DNA of 63,993 nt, filler included, from Vicugna vicugna (taxonomy: Eukaryota): NCBI GenBank assembly GCA_013265495.1. It is 73 parts of 73 records of this genome, joined end to end, with 100 filler letters (N's around TTAATTAATTAA, not from the genome) between each part and the next. Parts side by side here need not be neighbours in the genome. Positions count along the whole stretch, not along the records: positions 23,458 to 24,261 come from MU061093.1; positions 24,362 to 25,546 come from MU061094.1; positions 25,647 to 26,109 come from PNXW01017537.1; positions 26,210 to 26,798 come from PNXW01017538.1; positions 26,899 to 27,984 come from MU061096.1; positions 28,085 to 28,538 come from PNXW01017543.1; positions 28,639 to 29,564 come from PNXW01017546.1; positions 29,665 to 30,107 come from MU061098.1; 65 more parts are not named here. One strand, 5' to 3'. Position 1 is the first letter of the stretch. Each line of letters opens with the position of its first letter. The position numbers and the translations under genes are program-made. The notes under the pieces are model-generated. The model did no database searches and had not been told where the DNA came from. It was given only the letters and a program-made list of their open reading frames with translations. Positions 23,524 through 34,985 of the stretch are shown piece after piece.

Positions 23524-24261
23524 GGACTTCCGGGCAAGATGGCGGAGTAGAAGGACACTTGTAAGTCACCCTCTCCCACAAATACACCAAGACCCACATC
23601 TATAGACCCACTCAGCCAACCAGAGCACCTGCGGAACTCCAACAGATCATCGCCCTCTTCAAAAGATAAAGACGCCAAAAATCTGGTAGGAGAAAAGGAA
23701 AAAAGAAAGAACAAAAGGCAAAGCAGCGCGGGACAGGTCCCGCGGGGAGGGAGCGGCAAAGGAGGACTGGCGCTTGCTCGNNNNNNNNNNNNNNNNNNNN
23801 NNNNNNNNNNNNNNNNNNNNNNNNNNNNNNNNNNNNNNNNNNNNNNNNNNNNNNNNNNNNNNNNNNNNNNNNNNNNNNNNNNNNNNNNNNNNNNNNNNNN
23901 NNNNNNNNNNNNNNNNNNNNNNNNNNNNNNNNNNNNNNNNNNNNNNNNNNNNNNNNNNNNNNNNNNNNNNNNNNNNNNNNNNNNNNNNNNNNNNNGAGGC
24001 AGCTCCGGGGGACTGCAAGGGGCTGGGCGCCGTGGCTGTGGGTGTACAGGACAGAACAACCTGGGCCCTCCATAAAACAGCAAAGTTGATGTGCTCTCGG
24101 GGGAAGGGTGCACACCCCCATCTCTGAAAAGCCACGGAAACTTTTCAGGGGAAGAGGGGCGGGGACCAGGCAGAGCCGCCATATTCTCCAGCGCTGAGCA
24201 CCCAGGCGGGGACAGAGGCGAAACCTGCATCCCCACCGAAGGGCTTAGCAGCCTCAAGGGC
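23524..24261 (+). mobile_element. LINE-1 5' UTR / internal promoter, with an intact 5' start
   Basis: ggacttccgggcAAGATGGCGGagtagaaggac...tcaccctctcccacaaatacaccaa is a typical laurasiatherian L1 5' start with a YY1 motif at 23536-23545; GC/CpG-rich. Confidence 0.8.
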
Positions 24262-25447
24262 NNNNNNNNNNNNNNNNNNNNNNNNNNNNNNNNNNNNNNN
24301 NNNNNTTAATTAATTAANNNNNNNNNNNNNNNNNNNNNNNNNNNNNNNNNNNNNNNNNNNNCCCTCTAGCCCTCCTCCAGCCCTCCATGGGGGGACCTGT
24401 AGTTCTCCCCTCGAAAAGCCTGTTGCTTCTCAGGAAGAGTTCCCTATGAAACATAATCATATCCTTCTTGTGGGGACATTCAGTCCAGTGACCTGACAGC
24501 AGGGAAAAATGTTTAGTCTGCTTTTGGTAGAGCCTAAACTGTTCCAGACTTATTAGAAGCAAATCCAATGAGGAAATTGTGTTGGCATCTAACAAATCAG
24601 CATAAATGTCTGATGAGGNNNNNNNNNNNNNNNNNNNNNNNNNNNNNNNNNNNNNNNNNNNNNNNNNNNNNNNNNNNNNNNNNNNNNNNNNNNNNNNNNN
24701 NNNNNNNNNNNNNNNNNNNNNNNNNNNNNNNNNNNNNNNNNNNNNNNNNNNNNNNNNNNNNNNNNNNNNNNNNNNNNNNNNNNNNNNNNNNNNNNNNNNN
24801 NNNNNNNNNNNNNTGTCTGGTGAGATTATATGAATCCTGCTTATTTTCAGCCCAGCAATTACCCTTTTTAAAGGATCACGTGTTTAAAAGGCTAGTGGAC
24901 AATTTGTTAGAAGATAGAATTCCTTAGATTTTGGTCCTGGAGTTGAATCTTGGTTAGGGGTGAATGAAAATTCCCATTAAAATTTTAAATTCAGTGTTAC
25001 AAAGTTTTAAAAATAGTTAAATATTAGTCAATTTCATTAAACACTTTAGCAGTTATTTACTTTTAAGCCTGTTTCTGGGGTAACTTTGCAATGATTCCCT
25101 CCCTTTATTGATTTCCTGTTTATCAGAATCCTTGAGAGGCCCCTGTCATCACTGTCAGTATCATCATCATCATCATGGAAATGATTCCTCTGGAAGATTC
25201 TAGGAAAATAAAGAGATGGATGTGGTTATGTGTAGGTCAGTGTGTGCATATACAATAAGAACTGTTATCAGACATTAGATGCAAGATATCCATTTTATTT
25301 AGAGAAGAATGTGGTCATGAAATCCTGATGTGGTGAATGAAGGAAGCAGTGGGAATAGGATAGTCAATGGAAAGGAGGAGGAAGTGAGCAAAGCGGGGAG
25401 CATAGATCCTTGATTATGTGATGGGCACTTTGGTGAAAATGAGGGGA

Positions 25448-25546
25448 GTGTGGTGGCAGAATCATGTTCCTCCCCTGCCACAGGTTAGCCAACTCTGACA
25501 TGTTACTGTGCATGGCAAAAGGGATGACAGATATATTAGGAGAAAA
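25448..25546 (+). mobile_element. MaLR MLT1-type LTR 5' part
   Basis: tgtggtggcagaatcatgttcc...tgttactgtgcatggcaaaaggga..cagat resembles the MLT1 start. Confidence 0.6.
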
Positions 25547-26439
25547 NNNNNNNNNNNNNNNNNNNNNNNNNNNNNNNNNNNNNNNNNNNNTTAATTAATT
25601 AANNNNNNNNNNNNNNNNNNNNNNNNNNNNNNNNNNNNNNNNNNNNAATCAGCAGAGTAAGAATTGTTACACAGTCGCCCTGAACCAACGTAAAGCCACA
25701 GAATTATTTGTTACTTCATATATTTTGGGGCCTAAGGAGATCCAATACTTATACACATGTTGTCTCCGGCAGCCAACTGAGAGATGACACAAAATAGTAG
25801 ACAGTTGATAAATGTCTTCTTTGTTACTGATGAAGCCACATTCTCCATGAACTTCAGGGCTGTGGGAAATGCGTGCCATGATAATGTGTCCCAGAATTAG
25901 AGGTTCACCCTATCCCATGTAGCTCTGGGCCACAGCGAGCCTTCCCTTGAGAGGACCTGCCCCTTCAAGCACAGGGCTTTCCTGCCATGGAGCTGAGCAT
26001 CCCGGGTGCTTCCCACTGGTGACCAACACTGGAGGGGATGGAAGGGTTTCAAATACCCTGCTTTTCTCCCCGGACTCACACCTCACTCTGTTAGTGTGAT
26101 GAGTGCTAGNNNNNNNNNNNNNNNNNNNNNNNNNNNNNNNNNNNNNNNNNNNNTTAATTAATTAANNNNNNNNNNNNNNNNNNNNNNNNNNNNNNNNNNN
26201 NNNNNNNNNTGTCAAAGTATATACTTATTCATTTAAAAGCTTAAATTCTAATTAAGACATTATAAGAACATTAAAGAAAGTGAACAAATTACCTCCCTTA
26301 ATGTCATACTACTACAAAATATTTTGATTTTCCTGGATGGTTGTTTTCTTCATTGTTTTTCCCACATACATGCACATTTTACTAAAATATATGCCTATAA
26401 TCCCTTTAAAATCATTTAAATTATTAAAATATTTCTCTG

Positions 26440-26798
26440 TGTTGTAAATATAGCCCTGTTGCTTCTCTAATGTATAACTGGTAGCTTGCACATTTCTGTC
26501 TTCACCATCCTTCTTGTCTGTCCCCAAAAGAAAGCACTACTTGGTACACTATACTTATATATGTGATTCTGTTCCTGTTTCTTTATGATTATATCTCTTA
26601 TATCTTTAGTTTTCTCATATAAGTGATAACTTAAAGTGTTTTTCTCTGTATGACTTATTTTTATATGTACAACGCCCTCTGGGTCCAGTCACATTTTTCC
26701 GAATGGAAGAGTTTTATTTTTTAATATGACAGTGACTAAGTATTTATTATGTAATCTATATCTCACATCTACTTCAGTCAATCATCTGTTGATGGGCA
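26440..26798 (-). mobile_element. Old L1 3' fragment
   Basis: catataagtgataac...tgacttattt...gccctctgggtcca...caatcatctgttgatgggca. Confidence 0.65.
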
Positions 26799-26898
26799 NN
26801 NNNNNNNNNNNNNNNNNNNNNNNNNNNNNNNNNNNNNNNNNNTTAATTAATTAANNNNNNNNNNNNNNNNNNNNNNNNNNNNNNNNNNNNNNNNNNNN

Positions 26899-27984
26899 CA
26901 TGGATAGGCTCTCGCTATTACTTGGTTTAGAGCCCAATCCCAATTTTTCCCCGTCCATCAGTTTTGGCAAACCATCATGGAAGACCAGTTAAGGTATTGT
27001 ATTACAACCCAGGCACTGCTGTTAGTTGCAGGAACCTCCCCACACTCAAGACATCTGAACCCAATGTCGTGTGTGTGCTGCAGGAGTGAAACAGAGTCCA
27101 CGCATCTTTATGGGGGCACAGGTGTTCCCAGGTTGGGGATATGCTTTAACTACCTCCACTGCCAATATATAGGAACTCGCTAATACATGGTTTTAGAGCA
27201 AACCCCCAATTTCACTCCCAACCCTGCCAAGGAAAATACTCAGGGATATCAACCTATTGGATCCAATTAGATCCCAGGTGCTACTGTCACTTGCAGGAGC
27301 CTCCCCACACTCAGGATACCAGAACACCACCTAGTGTGTGTGCTGAAGGCGGGGAAACAGTGTCCTTGCATCTTTCNNNNNNNNNNNNNNNNNNNNNNNN
27401 NNNNNNNNNNNNNNNNNNNNNNNNNNNNNNNNNNNNNNNNNNNNNNNNNNNNNNNNNNNNNNNNNNNNNNNNNNNNNNNNNNNNNNNNNNNNNNNNNNNN
27501 NNNNNNNNNNNNNNNNNNNNNNNNNNNNNNNNNNNNNNNNNNNNNNNNNNNNNNNNNNNNNNNNNNNNNNNNNNNNNNNNNNNNNNNNNNNNNNNNNNNN
27601 NNNNNNNNNNNNNNNNNNNNNNNNNNNNNNNNNNNNNNNNNNNNNNNNNNNNNNNNNNNNNNNNNNNNNNNNNNNNNNNNNNNNNNNNNNNNNNNNNNNN
27701 NNNNNNNNNNNNNNNNNNNNNNNNNNNNNNNNNNNNNNNNNNNNNNNNNNNNNNNNTGGCCAAAGGAAACACTCAGGGAAAGCAAGCCAAGTGATATTAT
27801 AAGGTCCCAGGTGCTGCTGTCATTTGGAGGTGCCTACCCACACTCAGTATACCAGAACTGTTCTTCGTGGGTGTGCTGGAAGTGGGGAAAGGGAGACCAA
27901 GAATGTATATGGGGGGCAGGTGTTTAAAGTTTAGGGATTTAGTTTTAAAATCTCCATGCCAATAGAGAGACACTCGCTAAAACC
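26899..27984 (+). repeat. Diverged ~265-bp satellite related to family A (family A2)
   Basis: cctccccacactca at 27035 and 27300. Colinear with A: ggaacctccccac.ctca.ga ... tccacgca ... cacaggtgttccc. Confidence 0.85.
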
Positions 27985-28084
27985 NNNNNNNNNNNNNNNN
28001 NNNNNNNNNNNNNNNNNNNNNNNNNNNNTTAATTAATTAANNNNNNNNNNNNNNNNNNNNNNNNNNNNNNNNNNNNNNNNNNNN

Positions 28085-28538
28085 GGAACACAAAATTTCT
28101 TTTCAGTAGCAAAATCCACTCAATACATATATATGGGGAGGTACAAACTACAACACGGTATTACAGTGAAAACGGCAGGCACTTCAAACCGGCACTAGGA
28201 AACAGACTGAGAAACCACAGTAAGGGTTTCTCCTGCAACCCGTTCCCTTGGTGCTGGATGAACGAACGTCTCTCAGTTCTGAGAGATAAGTGAGTGTGAA
28301 AGCCATCATTCACCTATCTTGAAGGGAACGCATAGTTTCTTTTCAGGTGCAAACTCCAATCCATACATTTATATGGGGAGGTACAACCTCCATCTCGGTT
28401 TTAAAGTGAAAACGGCAGGCACTTCAAACCGGCATTAGGAAAAAGACTGAGAAACCAGAGTAAGGGTTTCACATGCAACCCGATCCCTTCGTTATGGATG
28501 AACGAAAGTCTCTCCACATGCTCAGTTCTGAGAGATAA
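28085..28538 (+). repeat. 249-bp satellite B (one monomer has a ~9-bp deletion)
   Basis: gtgaaaacggcaggcacttc recurs about 240 bp apart (near 28166 and 28406). Confidence 0.93.
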
Positions 28539-28638
28539 NNNNNNNNNNNNNNNNNNNNNNNNNNNNNNNNNNNNNNNNNNNNTTAATTAATTAANNNNNN
28601 NNNNNNNNNNNNNNNNNNNNNNNNNNNNNNNNNNNNNN

Positions 28639-29564
28639 GGGTGTGGTGCGGTCTCGGGGCCGCGGCGGCTGCGGCCGCGGGGGAATGGGGGCTGCCCGGT
28701 GGGAGTCCCTGGATGTGTACCCTAGTCCCCCGCGGCCTGGACCCCGCCGGTCTTGCTTCCCCATGTTCGTGGGGTGCACGTGTTGCAGGCAGCCTTCTCC
28801 TGGGAGGCGGGCGCGGTGCTGTCAGGTGGCGGGGGGGGGTTTTGGGGGGCGGCGGACACTGAGACTCCGCCCCCAGAGGCGCGAGGTAACCGTTACCTGA
28901 AGTCACTATTGTTTTACTTTCTCAGGGGCTCCGGAGAAAGGATGAGGGGCGAATTCCCCTCCCGATCAAGCTCCCAAACGGCAGCAGCGTAGCCACCCTG
29001 CCGCTGCCTCTGGCATTCCACGAACCATTCAAACCTCCCGTGCCTTGAAGTACCCGGCGCTCGCGATTGGCTGAGCCGGACCAGCCCCCCTGGGCGGAGC
29101 CGGTCCCCACGCAGCGGGCGCTGGTCCCGCCCCGCTGGTGCGCATGCGCAAAGTCCCCACAGGAAGGAGTCTGCGCACATCCCCGGCCGGCCTTCCTCTC
29201 GCGCTGCGGCTCCGTCCTCTGTTCGCGGAGGGTTGTCTGCTCGGCTAGACAGCAAGAGCTGCGGCCGGCAGGGGGCTGTGCGGACCCAAGGCGGCTTCGG
29301 TGGCGACGGCCTGTGCAAAATGCCAGCAGGCGGCGCTTCGGTTCTTTGCTCCCCGCCCCCCACCCTTGAAGCCCCTGCAACCGTCCGGGAGCAGCCCGCC
29401 CACGCGGGGAGTACCGCAGCGAGAAGCTTCGGCGGGAACGAGGCCGACGGCCGGCTGTGCCGGTTGCGCCCCTGAGGTGAGTATGGCGGCGGCGGCGAGG
29501 CGCGGGGCGCGGGGCGCCAGAAGGACGGGGGATGCGGCGGCTGCCGCCCCAGGTCCCCGCGGGG
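28639..29564. promoter_or_regulatory. CpG island / bidirectional Pol II promoter with two divergent first exons
   Basis: Very GC/CpG-rich. ATTGG (CCAAT) 29066-29070, GC boxes 29092 and 29126, NRF1 palindrome TGCGCATGCGCA 29139-29150, minus-strand CHR TTTGAA 29028-29033. Minus donor CAG|GTAACG at 28897/28896; plus donor GAG|GTGAGT at 29476/29477. Confidence 0.85.
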
Positions 29565-29914
29565 NNNNNNNNNNNNNNNNNNNNNNNNNNNNNNNNNNNN
29601 NNNNNNNNTTAATTAATTAANNNNNNNNNNNNNNNNNNNNNNNNNNNNNNNNNNNNNNNNNNNNGACCCAGACCCGTGAGCGGAGTTGACAGTCGTGAAT
29701 ATTTACGTGCATCCACTGCTTCATCTTGGAAATTAATTTCAAGCTGAGACAGTTTGTGGCGGCAGCCTCATCCTACATCAGGAATTTATAGTATCTGCTC
29801 TTTGNNNNNNNNNNNNNNNNNNNNNNNNNNNNNNNNNNNNNNNNNNNNNNNNNNNNNNNNNNNNNNNNNNNNNNNNNNNNNNNNCAGCAGAAATACAGAC
29901 GTCCTTTAATGCCG

Positions 29915-30085
29915 ATGTGACCTGGAACTGGTTTAGTCTCTGTGCCTCAGTGGCCTTATCTGTGGGTGGGGAAGATGATAACAGTGCTTCCCTCAGAGGG
30001 GCTGATGAGGGGAGAGTGAGGAGCACAATGGGAGGGCTTATATGTGATGCTCATGAATGACTGAATTTAGTGCTCTCAGCCTGGT
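29915..30085 (+). mobile_element. MIR remnant
   Basis: tgtgacctgg...tttagtctctgtgcctcagtggccttatctgt...gataacagtgcttccctcagagggctgatgagg. Confidence 0.7.
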
Positions 30086-30207
30086 GAGGCCTCAGGGGCA
30101 GAGATGTNNNNNNNNNNNNNNNNNNNNNNNNNNNNNNNNNNNNNNNNNNNNTTAATTAATTAANNNNNNNNNNNNNNNNNNNNNNNNNNNNNNNNNNNNN
30201 NNNNNNN

Positions 30208-30995
30208 GGGCGAATCCAATTGATATCGCCAAGAAATTTTTGAAAATCATTTGAAGTTAATAAAGAATCAGTACTTAACTGAATCTTTTGGGTTTGAAAA
30301 GTAAATTTATGAAGTCGAAATCCCAAAGAAGCATACGGGACAAAATCGTTGAACTTTTTCTTCTGCAATTTGAAGGCCAAAAGAATTTAAGGCTATTAGC
30401 ATTTGATCATATACAGTTAATAAATAGCCCTCCTGAGAATGTGCAATTGAAATATCATCCATATAGTGGATTAGATAAACATCTGGATATCTCAAACGAA
30501 TAGGTTGTAAGGCTTTAGCAACAAATTTTTGACATAAGGTGGGCTATTAGACATACCTTGAGGTAAAACCAGCCAAATGATATCGTTACATAGGCTCTTT
30601 AAAGTTCGTAGAAGGAACACTGAATGCAAATCTTTTACAATCATCAGGATATAAAGGAATAGTATAAAAACAGTCTTTTAAATCAATAATAATTTTATAT
30701 GTTCCATCAGGTATGGCCATAGGAGTAGGCAAGCCAGGCTGTAGAGCACCCATCAATTCTAAAGTTTCATTTACTTTACGTAATGCAAATCTCAATCTCC
30801 ATTTTCCAGACTTTTTCTTAATAATAAATATAGGTGAATTTCAAGGTGAATTAGAAGGAGCAATATGCCCGCTGTCCAATTGTTTTGCAGTGGCAATTTT
30901 TTCTTGAGAGAGGGGCCATTGATCGACCCATACAGGTTGATCAGATTTAAATACAATAGGGTCTGCATGAGTCGCAGGGCAGTCAAGGGCCCCCA
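30208..30995 (-). pseudogene. pol: Class II (betaretrovirus / ERV-K-like) endogenous retrovirus pol reverse transcriptase fragment, disrupted
   Basis: [91 protein letters not shown]. Stops and frameshifts split it across frames. Confidence 0.93.
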
Positions 30996-31370
30996 NNNNN
31001 NNNNNNNNNNNNNNNNNNNNNNNNNNNNNNNNNNNNNNNTTAATTAATTAANNNNNNNNNNNNNNNNNNNNNNNNNNNNNNNNNNNNNNNNNNNNTCTAC
31101 TATTTGAAGTTACGAGTATTATAACAGAATGACGAATTCTAAAAATTTCTTTATCGAAGATTGTGGAAAATGGCAGTTTTCCATATTTAAGAATATTATT
31201 TTAATTTTGTGTGACTGGGGTGGTGGAAAATAGAAATGCAGTTGTTACTAAAGCATTCTTATCCCCTTCCACACCCTCAGGCCCTTCGGACAGAAAAGAC
31301 AGAGGGATGTGAGGAGAAGATTTTGAGGGTGGACCGTGCAGTGCTTTTAAATTGTGACGGCTACTTGTGC

Positions 31371-31469
31371 TTTTTTTTTACTTTCTTTTTTAATGGAGGC
31401 AATGGGGCTTGAACCCAGGACCTTGTACAAGCTTAGCACGTGCTCTACCACTGAGCAAATCCTTACCCC
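31371..31469 (-). mobile_element. Vic-1-like SINE (antisense)
   Basis: T-rich tail then aatggaggcaatggggcttgaacccaggacc...gcttagcacgtgctctaccactgagc...cccc. Confidence 0.88.
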
Positions 31470-31697
31470 GATATTTGTGTTTTTAGTGGGCATAATGTGC
31501 TGGTAGCAGGTACTTTAGTGTGAGACACAGTCACCTGCCTCTGACCATCAAATTAATACCTTTCCCCTGAGCTAGAGAGCTAGATAGTCTGTTTCCANNN
31601 NNNNNNNNNNNNNNNNNNNNNNNNNNNNNNNNNNNNNNNNNTTAATTAATTAANNNNNNNNNNNNNNNNNNNNNNNNNNNNNNNNNNNNNNNNNNNN

Positions 31698-32181
31698 CAT
31701 AGGTTTTTCCTATCACCAGGTTCTAAAATCAGACTTTTGGCATCAGAAAACACTCTTTGAGCGAATCCTCACCAACACACATGAATTTACATTTTTTACA
31801 TAACCATGGCATTCCGTATTCCGAACATGTTTCATGCATCACGGATTCCTCAAACATGCATTTCTGAGTTGTGAACATGCGCATGACTGATGTTACAACC
31901 ACCAAANNNNNNNNNNNNNNNNNNNNNNNNNNNNNNNNNNNNNNNNNNNNNNNNNNNNNNNNNNNNNNNNNNNNNNNNNNNNNNNNNNNNNNNNNNNNNN
32001 NNNNNNNNNNNNNNNNNNNNNNNNNNNNNNNNNNNNNNNNNNNNNNNNNNNNNNNNNNNNNNNNNNNNNNNNNNNNATGCTACATTCCGAATTGACAAAC
32101 ATATATTCCTGAGTTGAGAGCATCTGAATAACTAACCTTTCATCCTCTATAAAAGGAAAATTTTCATCTAGACACGTGTAC
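31698..32181 (-). repeat. Satellite C (739-bp trimer)
   Basis: Reverse complement of 4754-5543 motifs. Confidence 0.9.
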
Positions 32182-32281
32182 NNNNNNNNNNNNNNNNNNN
32201 NNNNNNNNNNNNNNNNNNNNNNNNNTTAATTAATTAANNNNNNNNNNNNNNNNNNNNNNNNNNNNNNNNNNNNNNNNNNNN

Positions 32282-32747
32282 GTCTGAGAAAGCAGGGTGA
32301 GGGTTCCACCAGAAACAAGTTTCAATGTGCTAGATGTACGAAAGTCATTCCAAATGTGTAGCTTTAAGCTGAAAAGAAAGTTTGTGTTCCCAAAAAGCAA
32401 ATTGAAGGACGGGTTTCACACATACTTAAATTTCAGAACTGAGCATGTGGAGAGACGTTCGTTCATCCAGCACAAAGGGAACGGGTTGCAGGAGAAACCC
32501 ATACTCTGTTTTCTCAGTCTGTTTCCTAGTACCGATTAGTTTCCTAGTACCGATTAGAAGTTCCTGCGGTTTGCACTGTAAAACCGGGTTGGAGCTTGTT
32601 CCACCCCATATATACGAATGGAGTGGAGTTTGCAACTGACAAAAAACCTTCTGTTCCCTTCAAGCTAGGTGAAGGACGACTTTCACACACACATATCTCA
32701 CGGAACTGACCATGTGGAGAGACGTTCTTTCATCCAGCAGAAAGGGA
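32282..32747 (-). repeat. 249-bp satellite B, with an 18-bp internal duplication
   Basis: Reverse-complement B motifs; gtttcctagtaccgatta twice from 32521. Confidence 0.88.
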
Positions 32748-32847
32748 NNNNNNNNNNNNNNNNNNNNNNNNNNNNNNNNNNNNNNNNNNNNTTAATTAAT
32801 TAANNNNNNNNNNNNNNNNNNNNNNNNNNNNNNNNNNNNNNNNNNNN

Positions 32848-33899
32848 AAAGCATCAGGGGAGACGAGATTAGGAATTCCGTTAGAACCCACGCGCTGTCG
32901 ACCGTTGCTGGAAACTCCCCACGCTCAGGATTCCGTAAATATTGTCAGTTTGTGGGGGAGCACGAGAGACAACTCCACGCAGCTGTCTTCAGTCACAGGT
33001 ATTCCCTGTTTGGGGAAGTCCGAGAAATAGCTTCCCTGAACTTGGGGAGGCAGCCTCCGTCACTGGGATATCCTGCAATCACCCCTAGCATTCCCTGGCA
33101 CANNNNNNNNNNNNNNNNNNNNNNNNNNNNNNNNNNNNNNNNNNNNNNNNNNNNNNNNNNNNNNNNNNNNNNNNNNNNNNNNNNNNNNNNNNNNNNNNNN
33201 NNNNNNNNNNNNNNNNNNNNNNNNNNNNNNNNNNNNNNNNNNNNNNNNNNNNNNNNNNNNNNNNNNNNNNNNNNNNNNNNNNNNNNNNNNNNNNNNNNNN
33301 NNNNNNNNNNNNNNNNNNNNNNNNNNNNNNNNNNNNNNNNNNNNNNNNNNCCTGGCACAGAGACATTAGGAAAACCCTCAGGGGAGACGAGCTTAGGCAT
33401 TCCGTTAGAACCCACGCGCTGCCGACCGTTGGTGGTACCTCCCCACGCTGAGGATTCCGAAACCATTGTCAGAGCGTGGGGGAGCTCGAGAGACAACTCC
33501 ACTCAGCTCTCTGCACTCACAGGTGTTCCCTGATCGGGGAAGTCCGAGAAATACCTTCTCTGACCTTGGGGAAGCAGCCTCGTTCATTGGGATATCCTGC
33601 AATCACCCCTAGCATACCCTGGCACAGAGACATTAGGAAAACCCTCAGGGGAGACGAGCTTAGGCATTCCATTAGAACCCACGCGCTGTCGACCGTTGGT
33701 GGAACCTCCCCACGCTGAGGATTCCGAAACCATTGTCAGAGCGTGGGGGAGCTCGAGAGACAACTCCACTCAGCTCTCTGCACTCACAGGTGTTCCCTGA
33801 TCGGGGAAGTCCGAGAAATACCTTCTCTGACCTTGGGGAAGCAGCCTCGTTCATTGGGATATCCTGCAATCATCCCTAGCATACCCTGGCACAGAGACA
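32848..33899 (+). repeat. 267-bp satellite A
   Basis: Two near-identical adjacent monomers at 33351-33899. Confidence 0.95.
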
Positions 33900-34779
33900 N
33901 NNNNNNNNNNNNNNNNNNNNNNNNNNNNNNNNNNNNNNNNNNNTTAATTAATTAANNNNNNNNNNNNNNNNNNNNNNNNNNNNNNNNNNNNNNNNNNNNG
34001 AAGAAAATCTGGTGGAACAATGAACCTCTTAATTCACAGAGATTCTGCCAGATGCGGAGGAATATTTCACTGATGACTCAAATAAGACAAACTTAGTTAC
34101 AGCTTAACAATACATCTTCACATACACACACAGTGGAAGACAGATTTATAGTATTTAGTGGTAAGAAATCATTGGGCTGAGCTCAGAGAATAGGTTTCAA
34201 ACACCAGCCAATTTTTGTACTTTTGCCAGTAGTCTAGGTTTTCCCAGGTAGAAAATTAGAGATGGACAAACAATATTCTTCTTTAGGATTTCTAATTTTT
34301 AAAGTAAACTGTAGCTTTTGAATTATCAGTATAGAAACTTGTTATGATGATCACAGTAAGACCCACTGTGTGATAATAGAGCTGGAAACTAGCTGCTGAA
34401 CCAGCACTTCAGAACCCCAGACTGCTAATGTAAGCAAAATCATATTCGATGCCATCATAGTTCAGCTGACAAACTTAAAAGCTCAATGTTTCAGTTTTAG
34501 GAAGAACCACTGCTGTCCAGACACAGAACTCCTGCTGCAAGTGGGCCCTTTTCTTCTCTTGGTAAAGGTCATATTGGTGGGATGTTGCTAGANNNNNNNN
34601 NNNNNNNNNNNNNNNNNNNNNNNNNNNNNNNNNNNNTTAATTAATTAANNNNNNNNNNNNNNNNNNNNNNNNNNNNNNNNNNNNNNNNNNNNTTTTTTTT
34701 AAGAACTTTTACCTAGGAATTTTTTTAGGAAGGTTTTCTGGGGGGGGGGGTGTCAAGATTCAGCCTGTCATTTGATTTC

Positions 34780-34985
34780 TTTTAATTTTATTTTTTATTG
34801 AAGTGTAGTTGATTTACAACATTAGTTTCAGCAGAACGATTCAGTTATAAATATACATAGTTTTTTTTCTGATTTTTTTCTATTATATGTTATTACAGGA
34901 AGTTGAATATAGTTCCCTGTGCTATACAGTAAGTCTTTATTGTTTATTTTAAATATAGTAAGGTGTATATGTTAATCCCAAACTT
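34780..34985 (-). mobile_element. L1 3' terminus (cetartiodactyl type), antisense
   Basis: ttttttattgaagtgtagttgatttacaa...ttgaatatagttccctgtgctatacagta...tatatgttaatcccaaact. Confidence 0.85.

Noticed and set aside
28914..29620. Several 100-150 aa ORFs on both strands in the CpG island
   Set aside because: Expected from very high GC; low-complexity Pro/Arg/Gly/Ala content and no recognisable domain.
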